From NCBI GenBank assembly GCA_964035575.1, contig OZ037838.1, positions 1,736,001 to 1,800,000 of the forward strand: 64,000 nt of DNA. The letters are read 5' to 3'. Below are positions 55,662-64,000 of the stretch, one piece after another. Under the pieces are notes generated by a model, which was not told where the DNA came from, did no database searches, and saw only the letters and a program-made list of their open reading frames with translations. The stretch comes from Rhynchopus sp. YZ270_cl-10 (lineage: Eukaryota). How positions within the stretch are numbered: the stretch's first letter is position 1; every line of letters begins with the position of its first letter. Position numbers and translations under genes: made by a program.

Positions 55662-56335
55662 CAGGGGTCCTAAGAGTGGTAACTTTTACCACTTCCGAAG
55701 TGACCTTTTTTATTTTTTTGAAATTCGAAGGTCACTTCGAAGTGACCTTCGAAAAGTGCCCTAAAAAGTGACCTTTTTTTTATTTTTTTGAAATCCGGTG
55801 TCACGAAGTGACCTCGGATACTTAACATACACTGGGAGCCCGTTGGAGGGTCTGGGATTTTTTTTCTTTTTTGTCAAGATCAGTGGTCTGCAGGGCTGCA
55901 GGTTGCTACCATGTACAATTTTAAGCGAATTTTTTTGAAATGTTGCGTACCGTGGCTTCGCCAGAAACTTTCGTTTTAGCAAAATACGCAAGTAATTTAC
56001 GGAAACTTACGATAATTACCAACGATAGTGCCATTTTATGGCAACATTTTTTAGAAATGTTGCGTACCGTGGCTTCGCCAGGAACCAAAACGGTGACACA
56101 GACCGCTGCGAAAATTGCCTCACAAGAAAAAAATGTATCTAGTACCCTGTCCCTATGATACGGCGATAACCAACGTCCAGTGTATGTCCGAGGATTTGCA
56201 CCTTTTCAACTTCACTTGTGTTGTTGCCATACCGCCTCTGAGGGGGGAAAGTTTTTTTTTTTCCTCCCCAAAAAACGAGAAGTGACCTTGAAGTTACCAT
56301 TTAAATTTTTTTTGAGAACAGCGTTAGGACCCCTG
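55662..56335. mobile_element. Non-autonomous hAT element, copy 2 (nested)
   Basis: Same TIRs and body as 32579..33489; perfect 8-bp TSD CGTATACT; one fewer internal repeat unit. Confidence 0.93.
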
Positions 56336-56423
56336 CGTATACTTTATTTCACAGATTTCCACGCTCAAAATGGGTTTCCGCGCCGTATACTTTATTACCC
56401 CCGTATACTTTATTAGCACCGTA

Positions 56424-56652
56424 CACGACGGTGAAGTAACGGGTGTTACAAGTGGAGTTACAAGTGAGTTACATGTAACTTTTGTTACATGTAACTCACT
56501 TGTAACTCACTTGTAACCCACCAGTTACAACCCGATTTTGCCTGTAATTCATGTATCCCACTTGTAACTCACTTGTAACTCACTTGTAACGGTTTTTCAC
56601 TTGTAACGTTACATGTAACTTCACTTGTAATGTACTATACTTCACCGTCGTG
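56424..56652. mobile_element. TA-flanked MITE (nested)
   Basis: Perfect 15-bp TIR CACGACGGTGAAGTA; TA duplicated inside a CCGTATACTTTATT motif; internal CACTTGTAACT repeats. Confidence 0.88.
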
Positions 56653-59600
56653 TATACTTTATTAGCCCCCCCCCCCCAGTAAATACAAAAACGTTGTGTG
56701 TCCCGATTTGGGAGGATTTAGGGAAAGGGGGGGGTTTTTTTTTTCGTGGTTTTCTCTCGTGTTGAACAAAATAGCTAATTCTATTCTGTGTACCCCCCTC
56801 CCTCTGTGTATGATCCCTGTATGCGGAGTTCCTCCCCCTCTGTTTAAATTAGTGATATGGTCTGCTCTTCCTTGCGTGGGGTCTGGCCTGTTATCGGATT
56901 ATCAAAAAAAAGACAGTCACACAACAAACACCAGTGGGGGAAAAATCTAAGGTGGATTTTGGGAGTTTTTTCCCAACCTTCCTGTATACACGCGTCAGCA
57001 ACCAATACAGGTAGTGTATTGAAATGATTCTGGGGGGGGGGTTAGGGGGGGTCACAAGGGGAGGACAATGCACTTTTTCAGGATTTTTGAATTCTACGCG
57101 CAGCGCAGTGACCGACCCCGCAAGTCACTACCCAAGACCCCCCAGAAAACGCCTGGAGGCCCAAAAATACCAAAAATAGTGACCAGAAGTGACCAGAAAA
57201 TCAAAATTCCGAAAAAAAAAGGGGTCGTGGGACAGGGTCTGTACCTTGCTTATTCCTATTTTTTAGCACATAAACGAGATATGGCCATGGCAACAGTACA
57301 TGACTCATATTTTAGGAAGTAAAGGATTCATCTTGACTAATATCATTTAATTGCGTTTGAATACAGTCAAAACAAGACAAGACGGTCACCTGGCATCTGT
57401 ATTTTGTGGGTCGTAGTGACCAATGTATACACGCGCTTAGGTACCCACACCATTAATAGGCCAGGGAGTGATCGATTTAGGGAGGAAAATTAGTCAGGTG
57501 TAAATTATCGAGCAGATCTGCCGTCACTGCCTCACCCGGTCCCTCAGGGTACCTTCCCTTGAAAAAAAAACACCTCGCATGACTTTCCAGATATTGCAAT
57601 GCCCAATTCCTCCCCTTGGTTTTGCAGTTCAGTCTGCAATAGCCCTGTACTAGACACGTAAATGGATATCCAGTCATAGACTCGACTAAAGCACCGACCC
57701 GCATCTGCCTCGTCTTCTTTATCTTCTTCAGACCCCACACTCAGATTATTGTGGGAGGAAAGAGACATCCCTTGTGAAGACAGACAGGCACGCCACAAAA
57801 TATAGCGGCAAGAGCGGGGCGTCCTCAAAGCTCACAAGGGCAAGGAACGCCGTATTGGGAACTTAGGCACACTGCTCCAATGTGGCAAGGCCAGACTGCT
57901 TGACGACAAGCAATACGCAATGACCCGCGAGGAGGACGCGTGGGAGGCCCAATGCCGCACACGTCACTTTCCTCCCCTTTTCGCGTGTTTTCTTATACCC
58001 AATCTCCCCAGGGCTTGCAGAATCGCCTCTGAGGACACCTTCAGCAGGCCCACTCCACAGTGGATACGGCGCTTTGCCTTTACTGCCATTCCACTGCGCC
58101 TACACAAGGATTTTAGACCGGACTTGGCGTAGAACTGCCAATCCAGTGCCCCCGGCACTTTTCCCGCCCTCTCAATGCGTCCCAACGGTGTTTTTAATGG
58201 GTTTTGATTGCACCCCGATTTGAAAGGTGCCAAAGTACAAACCCTGTCCCAGGCCGTTTTTTTTTTTTTTGAAAAATTCGAATTAGACCCCCACAAGTGC
58301 TCAGAAGTGTCCAAAACCAGGCGGAATTGAATTGTAGGTCACCTGGGGACCATATTTTCTGGTTTTTCAGGGTGATGTCTATTTTTTTCTCAAAAAAAAA
58401 ATTTTTTGGTCGGTGTCCTCACTTTTAACATGGGATGTGACCCCCCCTAGCCTAGGCTAGGGGGGGGGGTAAGGGGTCTAATTTTAATTTCGTCGATTTT
58501 GAGAAAAATTTTGGCCAAAACTGGGCCCCACGTATAAGGAACCGGGCTCATATTTCTCAAAATTTAAGTGGTCAAAAAATTGTCCAATTTTCCGAAATGA
58601 CCCCACCGCTGCACGGGCGGAGCCCAAAAATGCAAATAAGCCACTTTTTGGTTTCATTGAAATGATGCGGCTGACACTGAGGAATTATGGTTTACGGCGT
58701 CCCATTGAGGGGGCGAACCCTTTTTAATTTTTTGTACTCTTGAAATGTGTAATTTCATGTTTTCGCGAAAAAAATACGAACTGATCCTACAAGGGTTGAA
58801 GGAAGGTGTGTGGAAAACAATAATAACAAGAACAACTAATTGCTAAGAAAAAAAATGGGGTGTGTTGTGGATACAGGGCTCTCAAGATCCTCCACGAAAA
58901 AAGCAGAATTTTCGAAATGAGGAGGATTTTATTTTTGCAAAAAAATCCCCCAAAAAAAAATTTTCCCCCCGCAACAAGCGGTCGTCGCGCGCTTCGCGCG
59001 CGCCTCCCTGACAGCCACAGAGCGGAGAGGCGGGTCAATTTTGCGAGATAATAAAAAACGGAAATCTAATCCTTTCTCTTGCACCATAGGCTCCACGAAC
59101 CGTACAAAACCAAGACGTCTTCCAGAAGCAGGGGCTGATGCAACGGCGGGTAATTTTTAAAAAACGGCAAAAAAATTGCAGCTTTGGTCAAGTTGTATTT
59201 TTTAGCTGCAAAATGCAAGGGTATCCAAAGACATTGCCAACTCTATTTTTTTGCGGAGCAAAAAAATTAATATAAATGGCGCCGCAGGCGAAAAAAAATT
59301 AGGGTACGGTGTAAGAATACTTCCTTTTACACCACAAAATCACTCAACGAACCCTTTTTTTTGAGTAGCAAAAAATGAAAATGGCGCCGCAGGCAAAATT
59401 TTTTTAAGGTGCAGCCCTGGACGGTGCATACAGGCTCGGGAAAATATTGGCTCCCTCGGGGGAGACAAAGTGACCCCCTACTATAAAACCCCTAGGAGGA
59501 TAATCCTCCACCCGAGCCCGCCAAAAAAAAAAAAAAATGGAGGAAATCCTCCACCAAAAAAGCCTGAAAAAAAAAAAAAAAAGCCCCTGGAGGAAATATC

Positions 59601-60953
59601 CTCCCCTACGTGGAGGATCTTGAGAGCACTGTGTGGATAACTCCGCGCGATTTTCGAAACCACCATAGCATCCTGGCGATTTTCTGGAGGTGCTGATGTG
59701 ACGATGCCTGGTGCGATCGACGACGTGTTGTCGTCTGTGCATTATGTGTTCCTTCCGCACTGCTCTGATGACGACGACGATGCGTGGGAGCCTGTGGACG
59801 ACTACGAGCTGGAACATGCCGAGGCCGCCCGATTGAATGGTTATCGAGCCTGCCGAGACTACGTCCAATAACGCGATCGAGCAGATGGTGCTGGACGAAG
59901 AGGACAGCCCCACTGTTTAAAAGTTTCAGATGCAGGCATCCCAGTGGGTCCAGCGTACGAAGAGCGTTTTAGCATACCTGCAGAAGAGCAGAATGCTGGC
60001 GTGTTGTAGATTATATTTTTTTCAGAGTGGAGTTCCACAGCACACCCGGTTTTTTTTCCGATAGCAATTACTTGTTTTAACTCAGATACGTGCTGGATGC
60101 AATTTAACGTACCGGAGTACCAAACTCCTGGTGGGATTTCAAAGACTCTAAGGAGGGGTTTTACCGCACTGATGTTTGTTGTGTTACTGTAATAAAAAAC
60201 TAACACAAAATAATAACTTCATCGCCCTATTCAAATACCCCTGGGCTCCTCTTGTGTAAATATGCCTCACAAATGAGATTGCTTCCCTATTTGCCACTTC
60301 TCTGCCGCTTTATTTTAAGTGTGTAGAGTATTGTTGATCTCTTTAACTCTTTGAAAATGTGGCACGTTGTTGATGCACAAAAATATTTTTTTCTTTCGGG
60401 CGACTTCGTACATAACCCGTCCTCGGATGGGCGATTGTTGTTACTACAAAACAAAAACAAAAAAACAAAAAAAAAAACAAAAAATACCCACTGATGGGTC
60501 CCAGCACCCGGCGTGAAGAGGAGCCTCACTTTTTGGGTGACTTTTTTTTTTAAACCCACGGAGTTGTGCCTGCGCTCCCAGAAGCATTTTGCACTAACTT
60601 CACAGTTCCTGATTTGAGAAGGAACCCACCTCTTTTGGTGGGTGTTTGTCCACAGCAGCAACAAAAAAAAGTGTGCCTTTCTGAATATTTTTCTGTACCT
60701 GTTTTGTTCTCCCGTTTTCCCAACAGTAATATTATGTTCTTTCTCATATTATGACATAACAGAGGTGTTATGTTCCATGCAAGACACCTCGTCACGGGGG
60801 GTACTGCAGCGCGCGCTGCAACAGAACCCAGTCAGAGATGCTCCCCTCTCTTGGCATATGTTCTTCAATTTGTTCTCAGTCCCCCCACATGACTTCCAAA
60901 AACCCTCAGACGACACACAACAAGATTATTGGTGCGTCACAACCGTAGATTCG

Positions 60954-62696
60954 ATGATGGTGGGAACGGCTTCCTTTGCTTTGTTGGCAGCAAGCCTGTC
61001 TGTGGCCAACGGCGCATCAGTCGCTTGTTTTTCTAGAAGCCTTGACATATCAAGCGCGTGCATCTGTGATGAGGAGTGTGCCTCGGGATTGTGCAGATAC
61101 GTGCCTCCTCCACCTAACGTCATCACGCAGGGCAACATGTTGTGTGTGGCGTGTGAATCAGACGACCAGTGTGTGCATGATGAGTACTGTGTGACCATTG
61201 CGGTCGAAGTGGGCAACCCTCCTGCCCACCCTTACTATTCATGCCAGGCAGCGGGCAGCGTGGGTGCATGGTGCCACGTAGACGAGGTGTGTGCATCGAA
61301 GCTGTGCCACGAGAACCGCTGTCTCGCATGCAAGGTGGACGGCAACTGCCACGACCCAGCCACCCCTGAGTGCGACAACGTAGGTTCCCCCGCACAGTTC
61401 TCATGCCGCCCCAGAAGCATGGTCAAGGTCCTCTCCCAGAAGAACGTCGTCAACAGCAACTACCAAGATCTCATTGCACAAGGCGTGGTGAACCCAGGAA
61501 ACCCTGACGCAGACACGCACAGCATTGTTGGGAACCTGGACAAGGACGACTTCATGCATTGGGGGGGCCGCTACGGGTTCCAAATGCGCACCACATACCA
61601 GTCAGGGGAAGAGTCTGTATTTGAGTGGACACAGACTTCATGGTTGACAGAGCCCAAAATCACAGGGTTCGTGCCTGAGCTCCCGACAGGGTATGATGGG
61701 ATCTGGGGTAACGGTGATGCTGCTGTCAGTGAAGCCTTGTACGCACCCAAGCCTGCCCTTCTGATCCTCTCTCTGAAGGACGTGGCGGATGGCCTGTTCA
61801 CAAGTGGAATGCTTGCCACCGGTCTGGAGAACGAAAACAACCCTGAGGCAAACGCGCACAGCATCATCGGGACGCTGCACAGGGGGGACCTCATGCATGG
61901 GAGTGGCTACTACATGTTCAAGATGCACTACAAACTGCTCAGTGGTGAGGAACAGTTGTACACTTGGAGGCAGTCGTCGTGGATGACGGACAGCACGGTT
62001 GCGGGGTACACACCTGTGGACATCCCTGAACGGTACCCTGCGTTTATTGGGCTGCACAAGTCTCCTTCCCCTTACACATACTTGCGTGGCTCTGGAGGTA
62101 GTGCAGGTGGATGGTACAACCCCGTGGGTGCAGTTCGGGTATGGGGTACAGGAGCTCGCGCGGGCATTCCTGTAGCGACAATTGGTTCAGTGGACCTCGT
62201 CGCAACAAGCCAAAAGCTATACATATACGAGCCGGAGCAGCTGAAGATCCTCTCAGGAAGCGGCACGTTCCCAAGCTACATCTCCAACAGCGGTGTCGTG
62301 AACCCGGCAGACCCTGACGCACATCAGTACAGCATCATCGGGAAGCTGGACAAGGACAAATTCGTTCACGCAGGTGGCTTCTACAAGTTCAAGCTGCACT
62401 ACGAAATGTCAGGTGGAACGGAACAGGTGTACGTGTGGACACAGACGTCGTGGTTGACGGATCCCACCGTTACAGGATTTGTCTTAATCGTGGGTCCGCC
62501 CGGATCTGCGTCCCCTGCGTTTACTGGGTTGGGATTATCCGGCACCCCTGACAAAACCTACTTGGACACTAACGGGGGTGTTTCGCATTATTACCACGCT
62601 ATTGGCATAATACAGCTTTGGAACGGCGGTATCCCTGTCACCACCACAACAGTTGCTGTGAGTCAGACATTGTATGTGTTCCCTCCTCAGGAATGA
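60954..62696 (+). CDS. Putative secreted protein: signal peptide, Cys-rich region, three copies of an unrecognised domain
   Basis: MMVGTASFALLAASLSVANGA is signal-like; CxxDxxC repeats; 3x NPxNPDAxxHSIxGxL..G.Y.F...Y...G.EQ...W.QxSW. The ORF is open further upstream (to 60642), so the start is inferred. Confidence 0.78.
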   Translation: MMVGTASFALLAASLSVANGASVACFSRSLDISSACICDEECASGLCRYVPPPPNVITQGNMLCVACESDDQCVHDEYCVTIAVEVGNPPAHPYYSCQAAGSVGAWCHVDEVCASKLCHENRCLACKVDGNCHDPATPECDNVGSPAQFSCRPRSMVKVLSQKNVVNSNYQDLIAQGVVNPGNPDADTHSIVGNLDKDDFMHWGGRYGFQMRTTYQSGEESVFEWTQTSWLTEPKITGFVPELPTGYDGIWGNGDAAVSEALYAPKPALLILSLKDVADGLFTSGMLATGLENENNPEANAHSIIGTLHRGDLMHGSGYYMFKMHYKLLSGEEQLYTWRQSSWMTDSTVAGYTPVDIPERYPAFIGLHKSPSPYTYLRGSGGSAGGWYNPVGAVRVWGTGARAGIPVATIGSVDLVATSQKLYIYEPEQLKILSGSGTFPSYISNSGVVNPADPDAHQYSIIGKLDKDKFVHAGGFYKFKLHYEMSGGTEQVYVWTQTSWLTDPTVTGFVLIVGPPGSASPAFTGLGLSGTPDKTYLDTNGGVSHYYHAIGIIQLWNGGIPVTTTTVAVSQTLYVFPPQE

Positions 62697-62730
62697 CACT
62701 GTCCTGTGTGTTGAGAGCAGTATGCAAAGG

Positions 62731-62770
62731 CAGTTGTTGTTGTTGTTGTTTTTGTTTTTGTTTTTGTTTC
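62731..62770. repeat. (GTT)n / (GTTTTT)n microsatellite
   Basis: Read directly. Confidence 0.9.
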
Positions 62771-63495
62771 TTTTCAATTTTATCAAAATCCGTTTTTTTT
62801 TTTGTTCCTTTTCCCCCTATTTCTGAACACGCCACCCCTCCCTGGGTGACCCCTCCTCCCCCAGCTCTATTTTTAAAAGTATAATTTTGTGTGCTTCTGA
62901 CAGCTTCTGATGCAGCAATGCTGTGTTGTTTAGAGATGTGCACTTTTGGTGGCGAGTGTCTGCATCCGAAAGATATGTCTGCATTTCGTTTCCGACTTCA
63001 CCTTTGTTTCTGGTTCGGGTTCGGTGTTTGTATCCCTTTTTGGTGTGATTTTTCTAAAAATTAGATGTAGGGCACACACCCCAGCCCTATACAGCCACAC
63101 CAACTTTTGTTTTTATTATCAGGACAAATGCAGGTACTTTGTGGTGGGAAATGATAAACGTCTTAGACTTGTTATTTACCTCCTCCTCCCTCTCCGTTTG
63201 TGTCCCTGTTCCCCTTTTGTTTGCCCTCCCATCCGTGTGTAAAGTATGTTTATAATGTGACAGTACGATTCGTCACCCACAAGGCACTGGCCTGAATTGT
63301 TGGTTCGCATTTCAGGGATTTTACGAACTCAGCAAAGCACGTAAAATACTTAAGCTGCACAGTTTTCCTGAAACCTTAGCTCAGAGTCTCTCCGCTAGTT
63401 TTATGTGAATTGTTTTATGCGGACTGCAGACACAGAGGTGCACGTGTGTTTGTGCCCACCCCTTCGCGGCTGTACGCGACTGTGTTCTCTTTTCT

Positions 63496-63541
63496 CCATT
63501 CCACTCCACCCCACTCCACTCCACTCCACCCCACTCCACCT
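63496..63541. repeat. (CCACT/CCACC)n pentanucleotide microsatellite
   Basis: Read directly. Confidence 0.9.
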
Positions 63542-64000
63542 TCATCCAACCTTGCCTGGTTCACAGCAACCCAGGGAAGGTGTAGCGATAGTATCATACA
63601 TTGTTTGCGACGGAACAAAGCTGTCTCTTCCATGCACCACGTCCTTCGATGCATCGCAGATGTGTTTAGCATGGAAGCAGAGACGAGCACGGTTCTCGTT
63701 GCTCGCATGTTGAGCACTCCAACCATTATCAGCAACCTTGTTTCCTTTCATTGTTTATGTTTAGATGTTGATGAGATGTGCAAAATAGCAAACGATGCAA
63801 CACAAAGCTATAGAAAATACAAACTGGAACGAAAACCACACAAACAGATGCATTTTTGCACGAACATCAAGTCAGCATGTGACTAGGATGCTTGTAACGC
63901 TTCATATCACAGTGATGCGTCCCACCACTGTGAAGGAGTTGCAACACTCTGTTTTGCACTTCACTCTCATATTCGTATTAGCCCTGATTTGCCAACAACG

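Larger units (their letters stand above)
55229..56679. mobile_element. TA-flanked TIR element hosting two nested insertions
   Basis: Ends CTGGGGGGGAGCTATTAAAGTATAC / GTATACTTTATTAGCCCCCCCCCCCCAG; TA flanks; subterminal CCGTATACTTTATT repeats. Confidence 0.75.

Noticed and set aside
59700..59920. Acidic coding-like stretch (MPGAIDDVLSSVHYVFLPHCSDDDDDAWEP..)
   Set aside because: Only ~55 codons with no recognisable motif; too weak to call.
1..64000. tRNA, rRNA or spliced-leader RNA genes
   Set aside because: None recognised by eye; a covariance-model scan was not possible.

Overview
Eukaryotic, intron-less DNA in which every credible protein gene is on the + strand. Several genes are preceded by a pyrimidine tract plus AG, which fits a euglenozoan polycistronic cluster with spliced-leader trans-splicing. 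A diplonemid is my inference, because DNA-transposon MITEs are abundant. The first 40 kb is a tandem array of 17 paralogues (14 intact, 2 frameshifted, 1 cut by the window edge), each encoding an N-terminal ubiquitin-like (UBL) domain fused to a 7-bladed WD40-like beta-propeller. Interspersed are two UBL-LRR genes, a truncated third copy and a B-box/B-box/coiled-coil/LRR gene. The most striking signal is that the UBL is nearly invariant at nucleotide level while the propeller varies almost only in the loops predicted to form one face, and these variable patches are shuffled between paralogues. This looks like a diversifying, antibody/VLR-like intracellular receptor or substrate-adaptor repertoire. 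The right part holds a DH-PH RhoGEF, a bacterial-type glutathione-independent formaldehyde dehydrogenase with a likely mitochondrial presequence, a bacterial-like xylose-isomerase-type TIM-barrel protein and a secreted Cys-rich repeat protein. Many hAT-like (8-bp TSD) and TA-flanked MITEs are present, some nested, and one carries a 148-bp-arm perfect fold-back. All calls come from reading the sequence by eye; no searches were run.
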